Made by a program: the position numbers and the translations under genes
Notes under the pieces: generated by a model
The model's database searches: none
Seen by the model: the letters and a program-made list of their open reading frames with translations, nothing else
What the model was told of the DNA's origin: nothing
Shown: one piece after another, positions 19,502 through 28,416 of the stretch
Layout: each line of letters opens with the position of its first letter
How positions within the stretch are numbered: position 1 is the first letter of the stretch
NCBI GenBank assembly: GCA_049599475.1
Contig: JBMYOQ010000004.1
Coordinates: 79,611 to 143,610, forward strand
Origin: Opitutales bacterium
GTDB taxonomy: Bacteria; Verrucomicrobiota; Verrucomicrobiia; Opitutales; JABSRG01
Direction: 5' to 3'
Length of the DNA: 64,000 bases

Positions 19502-20389
19502 ATGTTTGGCCAATTAAATTTCTGCTCCTTATCCGGGAAGATTCTTTCTAAACTGCCAATTCTTTTGGGGCTGCTGTCATTCGTCCAAATTGTTCATCTG
19601 AGAGCTGAATTTTCCGTTGAAGATATTACAAACCTGTCGAGTGAGCCCTCGTTTGAAGAGCGCCATCATGCTCTTCATCGCCTATCAGGCGATCAGCTCT
19701 CCGATGGCTATCGTTGGTTATTCTCGTTTATGAAAGACGAGAATGTTCCTGAAGGAATGCGGCGAGTAGACTACATGTCCCTCGTAAATGATATTTTTAA
19801 TGTCCTGCTGGAGAATGATTTGAAGGCTCAAGATCTATTGGAGCTTTCAATAGATACGATACCTAAAATGGATGCGGACTTAGTCTGGCGGGACTATTGC
19901 GTTCAGAAATTTGGTTACTTGCTTGGCCGGAGTGACTTGTCCCCAGCTTCTGTTCATCGTGCGCTATCCCTTTTGGATAATGCTACTTCGGGAGCGTTCC
20001 CAGGATTGCAAGGTACTGCCCTTATTGTGGCTTGTAAGGTTATAGAAAGGCACCCTGAGATCGAATCATATTTCCTTGATAAAGGAAAAATCGGCATGCG
20101 GGCAATTAAGTCCGCTCAGTCGTTGGAGGCATCTCTTCTCGATAGAGTGACGGCCTTACAGGTTGCTGCGCGTTACCGTGCTGAGGGTACACTCGCTTAC
20201 TCGATTAAATTGATCGAAGAGTCTCTTTCGAAGGAATTGGATACGATGCTTTTGGTGTCCGCTATAGCTGCTCTAGGAGAGCTTGGAGATCTTTCTCACG
20301 AGTCATTGCTAAAAGAACACAGATTCTCTCCCGATGTCCGTTTGCGAAGTGCAAGCCGAAGAGCACTGAATGAAATTTCAACAAAATAG
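19502..20389 (+). CDS. Secreted HEAT-repeat-like protein
   Basis: Signal peptide (…LPILLGLLSFVQIVHLRA); helical; C-terminal 'SAIAALGELGD…DVRLRSASRRAL' HEAT/PBS-like motif. Confidence 0.7.
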   Translation: MFGQLNFCSLSGKILSKLPILLGLLSFVQIVHLRAEFSVEDITNLSSEPSFEERHHALHRLSGDQLSDGYRWLFSFMKDENVPEGMRRVDYMSLVNDIFNVLLENDLKAQDLLELSIDTIPKMDADLVWRDYCVQKFGYLLGRSDLSPASVHRALSLLDNATSGAFPGLQGTALIVACKVIERHPEIESYFLDKGKIGMRAIKSAQSLEASLLDRVTALQVAARYRAEGTLAYSIKLIEESLSKELDTMLLVSAIAALGELGDLSHESLLKEHRFSPDVRLRSASRRALNEISTK

Positions 20390-20405
20390 ATAAAGATTTA
20401 TTACA

Positions 20406-23400
20406 ATGTTTTCTCCATTTTCAGGTTATAGGCATACTCATATTTTGCGGTATATATTGCCGATTCTCTTCGCGCTTCTATGTGTCGGATTACCGGGAAC
20501 ACTTTTGGCAAATCGGGGCCCTTCTGATTCTTCTGGTACTGAAGATGATGGAAATGAAGAAGAGCTCTCTGGATGCGATTCATCGTCTGGAAGTGATAAC
20601 GGAAGTGTGAGTTTTGCTGTCCCGTTTCCTATTCTTCCTCTAGAAGAAGACTTAGGCGGACGGAAATTTCATATACTTGAGAGCGAGCCATCTCCGCTTC
20701 TGTTTACGCCCGCTTCCCTGAACCACACTTCTCGCGCATTCACATATGTGAGCGCTATTATAGATCCCTCTGACCTGCCAGAAGGGTTTTCTCACGAATT
20801 CGAAATTACAAATATTCAGAGTGAACCTATTAATTTTCTTGTTAGGCATGGCTCATCGATTGGAGTTATTGGAGGAGAGTTTACCGGATCGGGTGAAGTT
20901 GCGGAGTTGCTGGATTCTAGTTTTGCTCCGACGCAGGGGGTCCCAGCATATTATCGTGTCTATCTTGGTAGTGGTGGTTATATTGACTATCCGGCTAATC
21001 GGGGAGCGACACCTGATGCAGTCGTTACCCAAAGTGGTCGAAGTTTAAACCTGTCGACCGGAAAGGATGAGATTTTTGACGTCTCATATGACGGCGGTGC
21101 ATTTAGACAGATTCGTTCACCCTATGGTTTGGCAGATATTGTAGTGGTAGACGACTTCGGATATGAGATTAGATTTTATACTCCTGGTCAGGTTCTAGAG
21201 AAAGCTGGTGGAGAATACCCAGTAAACGGAGAACCATATCGAGTCATAGCGGTACGCAATCCGACGGGTCAAATTCAGAACAATTCGATTGTTCGAATTA
21301 CCGATACTCACGGTGATTACGAGTCGGTGTCTCAGTGGACATATGTATCAGGAGCCGAGGAGTGGGTCATGTCATCAGGCTATGATGCGGAGGCAGACGA
21401 ATTCTTACTGCACGAATACAAGACCGCAGAAGAGGTCTCGCCCGAAGAAAAATTGGTTTTAAGTGAGCTCTTAGATTCCGATTTAAATCTAGTTCAGAGG
21501 AAACAGGCTCTCCATACCACGGATAGTAATGGAAAAGTCTATATTACAGTCGAAACAGAGAGTCACAACGAAGAGAACTATGTAACGACGTATGATTATT
21601 ACTTCGAGGTTCAAGAGTCTGAGTCAGAGTCAGAGTCTGAGGCCCCAGATAGTGAAACAGACTCTGGCAGTGACAAGACGTTGACCTTTGGTAAACTGAA
21701 ATCTGTAGAGTACCCAAATGGCTCATGGGAACGTTATGTCTATGACGAAGCAAATAGGCGTTCCACTGTCGCGCGCCCCTGGTTAGATAGCGCGTTTAGT
21801 TCAACGGATGATGAAGCGAGGCTTACCGAATACTCATATGTCCCGGTACATCCGTTGGATATTTTGAACCCATTTGATAGTAGGCCGAGGACGACGATCG
21901 AATATACTTTAGGAATAGAGACGGGACGTGCATACAATGCCTTTTTCGTCGACTCCATAACTGGCGAGTACACGGAGATTATGGAAGTAGCGACAGTCGC
22001 TGGCGCACAATTTGGAGATTCAGCGAACTTACGTACAAAGCATACCTATTACCCTATCAGTGCGGATGCAGCATCAGCGGGACGTTTAAAGACTGTCGAA
22101 ACTCCAGATGGTGTTGTGCGGATCTATAGCTATGGGCAGGCTACATCTTCCGACAATTTTATTGAGACTGTAGATACAGTAGGTGTTGATGGTCCGGTAA
22201 ATGGTAAGTCCATGCGTATCCAAACAACTCGTAATACACGTGGTTTGGCTATCGCGGAGGCATCTTATGTGTATGCTTTGGATACATGGAATTTACTTTC
22301 GACAACATTCTTTGAATATACGGACGAGGTTTCGTCTTCGGGTGCGCAACTAAAGGTGTCTCGAAAAGACGGTAGGGTATTATTAGAGCAATCATGGTCA
22401 GGTCCAAACATTGCCTCTGTGATAGATGCGTTTGGAGTAGAGACACATTTTTTCTACGACCCTTTGGATCGCCTTGAGAGGGAAGTCAAAATCGGCGCCG
22501 AGGGGCGAGAGGATATTGTAACCACCTATAATAGAACACTTGGGGCAATCGATTGTGGCTGTGACGGAAAGCTCTCCATCAAGCGTACAGCTGGAGGGTT
22601 GACGCTGGAAGAGAAAAAGGACACAGACTCCGTCGGTAGGTTGTCTAGTACCCAAACTATTGATGGTTATCAGACTTCGTATTCATATTTTAATTACGAT
22701 TTGGAAACAACTGAGACTCTGCCGACTGGTGAGACGCGAACAACGTCGAATCATTTAGATGGTCAACTGAAGGCAACCTTGGGCAGTTCGGTTATTCACG
22801 AGTTTTATACTTACGAAATCAATTCAGATGGGCACCGTATAGTCACCGTTTCAATAGGCACTCAAAATTCTCCGCGCTACAAGAAGACGACTTACGATTT
22901 TGCGGGAAGATTGATAAGTGAGACTACGCCGACGACCACTGGTGGCACATACACTCGTACTTATACCTATGATGAGAGGGGGCTATTGGTGACTCAGTCA
23001 GAGCCTGGATTGGCGAGCACGGTATTTGAGTATGACTCTCTCGCAAACTCGGTACGCACAGGTTTGGATGTCGATGGTGATGGTGTGCTACAGTTACTGT
23101 CAGTAGATCGTATTACCGATAATGACACGTTTTTTGAGCAAGATGCTAGTCGTGATAACGCATGGTACGAGGTGTCCACCGTTACAACCTATCCTGACGA
23201 AAACAGCGACCGGTCAGTCATTGTTTCTCGTATGGCTGAAAAGAGTTCAGGTTTTACGCTTGCGACGGAGCACGGGGACCTGGTTTCGGAGACTATTGCT
23301 AGAGATATTCATGGAAACGAAACTGTCGTCACCACCTACGCTGAACGCTCGACGAAGACAGCCAAAGCTATCACCAATTCTCCCGGCTCTACGATCGATT

Positions 23401-26400
23401 CAGTAAGGACAGTAGTAAACACCTTACTCATCTCAGAGAATTCGCATACCTCGACTGAGGCTGTCATTTTCTATTACGACGCTCTGGATCGCCCTACGGG
23501 TATGCTTGACCCGAGAAATGCTCAGCCATCTCGGATTATATATGTCCCGAGGACCAGCCTTGTCGCATCGGAAATAGATGCGGCTCAAAACCTTACCACA
23601 TATACCTACTATCCTCAAAATTCCCTTGGCGCCGGTCTCGTACACTCGGTAACGGATGCCCTCGGAAAAAAAAGCTTTCGCGCCTATGATGAATTAGGGC
23701 GAGAAGAATACATCTGGGGAGAGACTGTATACCCGCAAAGATTTACTTATGATGAATATGGCCAGACAGAGACCCTCTCCACATGGCGCGAGGCTACCTA
23801 CGATCCTTTGTCGGATTCTTGGCCCGGTCTGACAGGGGGCGATACGACTACCTGGGATTATAATGCAGCCACTGGTCTGTTAATGCGCAAGGAATACGCA
23901 GACGGAAAAGGGACGGACTATACCTACAACGCCTCGAATCGCTTAGAGAAACGGGTCTGGGCTCGAGGCATCATCACCACCTATGTATATGATCAATCCA
24001 CGGGGGAGCTGCTATTAACCGATTATTCGGATACAACACCTGATGTTACTAATACCTATGATCGTATGGGGCGTTCTGATACAGTTACTGATACATCGGG
24101 TTTACGCACATATGCTTACCGCGATGCGGATTTACTATTAGAGAGCGAAACTCTTCCACACGTTTCAGGGCACGTCTTAGAGCGCCGCTACACGACCACT
24201 GATCAGGTCGGGCGCTTGGAAGGGACGGATCTCGACCTAAGTGGTGCGCATTTGCATACCTATTCATACGCGTACACATCCCATGGGCAGTTAGATACAG
24301 TGTCGGATGCGTCGGATATATTTACCTATCAATACCATCCCCAGTATGGCCATCGCACCGGGCGCTCAGGTGGAAAGGTAAATGTGACCTACACATACGA
24401 GGCCAATCGTATGCTTAAGACTCAAGTTGCCAATACCGACACGTCGGGTCAGGCCATCAGTACCTATTCCTATTCCTATGATGCGTTGGCTCGACGAGAT
24501 AGTCGTAGCCAGTCTGGGCTCTCGCAAAGCACAGATTCTGTCGATGTTTTTGAATACAATGATCGCTCCGAGCTTGAGGGGTGGGAGCGCTTCTCGGGCC
24601 TCGACCCCGAAAATCCGGGAGCAGCAATTCCCTATTTTAGCAGTGCATACACATATGATGAGTTGGGGAATCGAAAGACTAGTGCGGGCGGGTATCCCGC
24701 GCCAATTTCATCTACGTTCTCAGCCACCTATATGGTGAATGCACTGAACCAGTATGACGAGATCTCGAATAATGGGGTCACCCAAAGTCCTGAGTACGAT
24801 TTAGATGGCAATCTCCTCAATGATGGGAAGTGGTCTTACGTGTGGAGTGCTGAAAATCGCCTGATAGGCTTAGAGCCTACATCTGCTATAGCTGGCGACC
24901 AGCGATTCGAATATGCTTACGATGCGATGGGGCGCCGTTTCGCCAAAGAGACATATACGATGAACAGCCAAGGCGGTTGGAGCCTCACCGAAGACCGCCG
25001 CTTTGTCTACGATTCATGGAATCTCATCGCAGAATATGTAATCGATGCGTCTCTTGTTCCTCAGCCCGCAACCTTCCACACTTGGGGCCTCGACTTACGC
25101 AATTCCATGCAAGAAGCCGGAGGGATTGGAGGTCTACTAAAAACAAGAGTCATCGAGGATTCATCCCTCATCCCGTATCTCTCTTCACTTTACTACCCAG
25201 CGCACGATGCCAACGGAAATATCACCGAATATCTTGACGAGTCTGGAAATATTGCGCAATCCACGACCTACTCGCCCTTCGGCAGAACGCTCGATGAAGT
25301 GTCACCTAGCGGCTTTCATCCCAGCTTTGGCTTCTCATCTAAATATAGAGAGAATGAATCGGGCCTACTCTATTATGGCCTAAGATATTACGATCCAGAG
25401 ACGGGGCGATGGCTCAGCCGAGACCCCACGGGCGAACTGGGTGGCCTCAACTTGCTCTATGGCTTCGTGGGCAATGACCCATTAAATCTGACCGATGCGT
25501 TCGGACTTCTCGACTGTGAGACACAGGCTGTCATCAGCGAAGTCCTTGGCATCCTGACGGATCTCCTGATGGAGCTGGGGCCAGATATCCTGGATGCTAT
25601 CATTCCCGGAGCAGGCTTAATCATTCAGGCACTTTCCGGAGATATCGAGGGAGCCGTGATTGGCTTAGCTATTGAAGCTGTAGCTGGACTCACCCTCGCT
25701 GTCTTGACGGGCGGTGGTTCTATCCTGGCACGCGGGGGACTTCGCGTTCTATTGAACTCAAGGAGAATTTTTGGGGCATTGAGCAATGCGGCTTCTAGGG
25801 TTATGGATGTCGCCCGGCGAGTTTTGAATGGGCCAGCCACAAACAGAGTAGACAACATTGTTCCATGTTTTATTGCCGGAACTCTTGTTGCGACACCAAA
25901 TGGTGACGTTGAAATTCAAGACATCGAAGTCGGCGATATTGTTTATGCTTATAACTTCGAAACTGGTGAGGTCGTCGAACAAGAGATTCTACAAACGTAT
26001 AAGAATTTCACTTACTACTGGGTCGATATCGATGTTGGCGATGAGGTAATTACTGCTACCAGAAAGCATCGCTTCTGGGTTGAAAGTGAAGAAACCTGGA
26101 TTCCTGCTATCGACTTGAAAGAGGGGATGTCTGTCCTTAGCCAAAATGGGGAAGAGTTAGAGATCTTTAGCGTTAATCTTCGGCAAATTGACGACCCTCA
26201 GGACACTTTCAATTTGGAGGTGGAAGGTGATCATAATTACTTCGTTGGCACTTCAGGGACTTTGGTTCATAATGGTTATCCAGAATCACCTCAATATCCG
26301 CCACCAACTCAAGTCGGGGAGAACTTCCAATTTAACTTTGATGATTCTCCCGGGCGTCGAAACTCTCGTTCAGCAGGAGTTCGCCGAGCTCAACAAGCAG

Positions 26401-26576
26401 GAAACATCCAACCAGGAGAGATTGGGCACCACATCAATAGCGTTCAAAGTCATCCGCATTTGGCGGCTGAGCCGGATAATATTGAAGGTATTCAAACAGA
26501 ACCTGAGCATAGAGCTAGACATGGAGGTAATTATCGGAATCCTACGTCTGGACCACTTAGAACACCTGGTTGTTGA
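20406..26576 (+). CDS. Signal-peptide RHS/YD-repeat polymorphic toxin with Hint domain and Tox-GHH (HNH-fold) nuclease
   Basis: Sec signal (…ILPILFALLCVGLPGTLLA); many YD repeats; RHS core SGLLYYGLRYYDPETGRWLSRDP…DAFGL; Hint CFIAGTLV…LVHN; toxin GHHINSV..HP.LA..P.NI…EH…HGGN..NPT.G. Confidence 0.93.
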   Translation: MFSPFSGYRHTHILRYILPILFALLCVGLPGTLLANRGPSDSSGTEDDGNEEELSGCDSSSGSDNGSVSFAVPFPILPLEEDLGGRKFHILESEPSPLLFTPASLNHTSRAFTYVSAIIDPSDLPEGFSHEFEITNIQSEPINFLVRHGSSIGVIGGEFTGSGEVAELLDSSFAPTQGVPAYYRVYLGSGGYIDYPANRGATPDAVVTQSGRSLNLSTGKDEIFDVSYDGGAFRQIRSPYGLADIVVVDDFGYEIRFYTPGQVLEKAGGEYPVNGEPYRVIAVRNPTGQIQNNSIVRITDTHGDYESVSQWTYVSGAEEWVMSSGYDAEADEFLLHEYKTAEEVSPEEKLVLSELLDSDLNLVQRKQALHTTDSNGKVYITVETESHNEENYVTTYDYYFEVQESESESESEAPDSETDSGSDKTLTFGKLKSVEYPNGSWERYVYDEANRRSTVARPWLDSAFSSTDDEARLTEYSYVPVHPLDILNPFDSRPRTTIEYTLGIETGRAYNAFFVDSITGEYTEIMEVATVAGAQFGDSANLRTKHTYYPISADAASAGRLKTVETPDGVVRIYSYGQATSSDNFIETVDTVGVDGPVNGKSMRIQTTRNTRGLAIAEASYVYALDTWNLLSTTFFEYTDEVSSSGAQLKVSRKDGRVLLEQSWSGPNIASVIDAFGVETHFFYDPLDRLEREVKIGAEGREDIVTTYNRTLGAIDCGCDGKLSIKRTAGGLTLEEKKDTDSVGRLSSTQTIDGYQTSYSYFNYDLETTETLPTGETRTTSNHLDGQLKATLGSSVIHEFYTYEINSDGHRIVTVSIGTQNSPRYKKTTYDFAGRLISETTPTTTGGTYTRTYTYDERGLLVTQSEPGLASTVFEYDSLANSVRTGLDVDGDGVLQLLSVDRITDNDTFFEQDASRDNAWYEVSTVTTYPDENSDRSVIVSRMAEKSSGFTLATEHGDLVSETIARDIHGNETVVTTYAERSTKTAKAITNSPGSTIDSVRTVVNTLLISENSHTSTEAVIFYYDALDRPTGMLDPRNAQPSRIIYVPRTSLVASEIDAAQNLTTYTYYPQNSLGAGLVHSVTDALGKKSFRAYDELGREEYIWGETVYPQRFTYDEYGQTETLSTWREATYDPLSDSWPGLTGGDTTTWDYNAATGLLMRKEYADGKGTDYTYNASNRLEKRVWARGIITTYVYDQSTGELLLTDYSDTTPDVTNTYDRMGRSDTVTDTSGLRTYAYRDADLLLESETLPHVSGHVLERRYTTTDQVGRLEGTDLDLSGAHLHTYSYAYTSHGQLDTVSDASDIFTYQYHPQYGHRTGRSGGKVNVTYTYEANRMLKTQVANTDTSGQAISTYSYSYDALARRDSRSQSGLSQSTDSVDVFEYNDRSELEGWERFSGLDPENPGAAIPYFSSAYTYDELGNRKTSAGGYPAPISSTFSATYMVNALNQYDEISNNGVTQSPEYDLDGNLLNDGKWSYVWSAENRLIGLEPTSAIAGDQRFEYAYDAMGRRFAKETYTMNSQGGWSLTEDRRFVYDSWNLIAEYVIDASLVPQPATFHTWGLDLRNSMQEAGGIGGLLKTRVIEDSSLIPYLSSLYYPAHDANGNITEYLDESGNIAQSTTYSPFGRTLDEVSPSGFHPSFGFSSKYRENESGLLYYGLRYYDPETGRWLSRDPTGELGGLNLLYGFVGNDPLNLTDAFGLLDCETQAVISEVLGILTDLLMELGPDILDAIIPGAGLIIQALSGDIEGAVIGLAIEAVAGLTLAVLTGGGSILARGGLRVLLNSRRIFGALSNAASRVMDVARRVLNGPATNRVDNIVPCFIAGTLVATPNGDVEIQDIEVGDIVYAYNFETGEVVEQEILQTYKNFTYYWVDIDVGDEVITATRKHRFWVESEETWIPAIDLKEGMSVLSQNGEELEIFSVNLRQIDDPQDTFNLEVEGDHNYFVGTSGTLVHNGYPESPQYPPPTQVGENFQFNFDDSPGRRNSRSAGVRRAQQAGNIQPGEIGHHINSVQSHPHLAAEPDNIEGIQTEPEHRARHGGNYRNPTSGPLRTPGC

Positions 26577-26578
26577 CG

Positions 26579-27085
26579 ATGGACTCATTTGAAGACTTTG
26601 ATTTAGAAACATGGCTAGAAGCTCGATCGGATAAGAATGAGCTATCCGATGGTGAACTTCGCTTCTATCATAAAGATAACACGACTAGTGTTCTTATACC
26701 ACGGAACGATAATGATGGTTTGGATCCGAAGCTATTGTCTTCACCCCTTTCATGGTTTTATAAGAAGTATTTATGCGGCAGTATTGGGAATAGCCACATA
26801 ATCATTGGTTCTTCAAAGGTAGATGGTGTCGAAATTAGTCATCGATATAAAGTCCCTGGTCGCTTGGAAATGACTGACGTTCTAAAGAGGGTTGATGTGA
26901 CGAGCGAGGTAGGTGATTATTTTTTTGCAGTGGAGTCTGCTTGGATGTTTGCCTATGCTGTTAGGCCTGTTGATAATGGCTTCGAGCTGATTCGTTTTGA
27001 TCGAGACATGCAGACTTCAGAAGTTGTTTTTTCGATAAAGTCGATCTTTGATGACTGGTGGAATCTTGTTTCTGAGGACTTTTAG
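26579..27085 (+). CDS. Probable cognate immunity protein (SUKH/SMI1-KNR4-like)
   Basis: Starts 2 bp after the toxin stop; AT-rich; no signal peptide; 'L.WFY..Y..G.IG…YFFA…AY…IRFD…SI..IFDDW' resembles the SUKH layout. Confidence 0.7.
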   Translation: MDSFEDFDLETWLEARSDKNELSDGELRFYHKDNTTSVLIPRNDNDGLDPKLLSSPLSWFYKKYLCGSIGNSHIIIGSSKVDGVEISHRYKVPGRLEMTDVLKRVDVTSEVGDYFFAVESAWMFAYAVRPVDNGFELIRFDRDMQTSEVVFSIKSIFDDWWNLVSEDF

Positions 27086-27253
27086 ATAGCCGACTACGGG
27101 CACATGCAGTGCCAGATGCGTTGCATCTGATCACAGCATCTGCTGATCCGCTGCCACCAGGCAGCCCACGGCGGGTCTGCTATTGGTTCTGCGGATTAAC
27201 TAGAACCCGCACGGCGCATGAAACCTCGCTAAGGCTCGGGCGCCTACTGCACA

Positions 27254-27613
27254 GTAAGCGTCACACGAAGCACCGTCATTTAGCTATGTAACCAATGAAT
27301 GGATATCATAAATATGGTATCTATGACATCTACGACCTATACCGATACTGAAGCAGTCTTCCTAAAAACAGATCGTCTGGGGCGTGTCCACGTGCCGGCC
27401 GAGAAGCGCAAGTTGATTTTGAACCGTTTTGAATCGAGTGGTCTGAGTGGTCAGGCCTTTGCCGCTCAGATTGGCGTAAAATATCCGACTTTTGCCAATT
27501 GGGTTCAAAGGCGCCGAAGGGCTCAAGGCGGATATACCAACCGGGAGCTAGCGTCCGCAAAAGCTCCGCATAGAATTTCTTGTTGTATAGAAATACAGTG
27601 TATCTATTTTTAA
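27254..27613 (+). mobile_element. IS66-family remnant: left end plus truncated TnpA-like accessory ORF (27299-27613)
   Basis: GTAAGCGT… at 27254 resembles IS66 termini; HTH 'FESSGLSGQAFAAQIGVKYPTFANWV' typical of IS66 TnpA; tnpB, tnpC and right IR not seen. Confidence 0.7.
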
Positions 27614-27668
27614 CAGGTCACTTGCATTTAAATTTGCCTAATGAGTGCGGTTTCTTGTTTATACGATT

Positions 27669-28133
27669 ATGGAATTTGCAAGGGTTGTATTCATCGCATT
27701 TGTTTTTAGTTTGAGCCTAGTGTCTGAGGCTAAACAAATTAAAGGGGAGTCTCTTATATTTGATATCCCGGGCAACATAAACTACCAGAGTGTTGATGGG
27801 GTGGAGGGCTATATTTTTGAGTGGAAGGAAAAACAATCGGAAATCCAATTCTATATAGGCCGTAATGAATTAGGTCTTTCTATGGACAAATTGGAAAGTA
27901 TGGCAGATCTTTTAGTTAAGTTACAGGGAGCTGTGAAGGAGGAGGTTCGAATCGGAGTTTTCGAAGGGTTCGTGGTTAAGGTTAAGGAAACTGATATTTC
28001 CGGAGTAGAACAAAATCAGTGGAATTTCACGTTGACTACTGGGGATACCATTTGGGGAGGTTCACTTTCTGGAGCAGGCAAGAAGTCTCAACGCATCGTA
28101 AATTCCATTCTTGAGAATGCGAAAAAGCGCTAA
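27669..28133 (+). CDS. Hypothetical exported protein (possibly DcrB/PsbP-like fold)
   Basis: Signal peptide …FVFSLSLVSEA; beta-rich body ending 'IVNSILE'; AT-rich. Confidence 0.6.
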   Translation: MEFARVVFIAFVFSLSLVSEAKQIKGESLIFDIPGNINYQSVDGVEGYIFEWKEKQSEIQFYIGRNELGLSMDKLESMADLLVKLQGAVKEEVRIGVFEGFVVKVKETDISGVEQNQWNFTLTTGDTIWGGSLSGAGKKSQRIVNSILENAKKR

Positions 28134-28416
28134 TGAAGTATACTTATTTGTAATTATGGGACGATTTGACGTCTCCTTACTGTCTAACTTAGAAGAGCGT
28201 TTAAAAAGGTTTTTGATCGTTGTCCTGGAAAGCCACTCTTATAATGAGTTTGCAGGCGATTTAGAAGATGTTGATTGAAGGCTCTCTATTCATGGGGACT
28301 TTTGAAGATTTGAGGCGCTGGTGTTTATGGCCCTGCTTAAGTGGCTTCGCCGAGCGGCACGGCAACCAGATTGCAGTGGCCTATAGCAATGACTCTCAAA
28401 ATGAATGCGAATCGGT

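Noticed and set aside
25866..26273. Mobile intein with homing endonuclease
   Set aside because: No endonuclease insert, Gly at +1, and its position before the toxin fits a pretoxin Hint domain.
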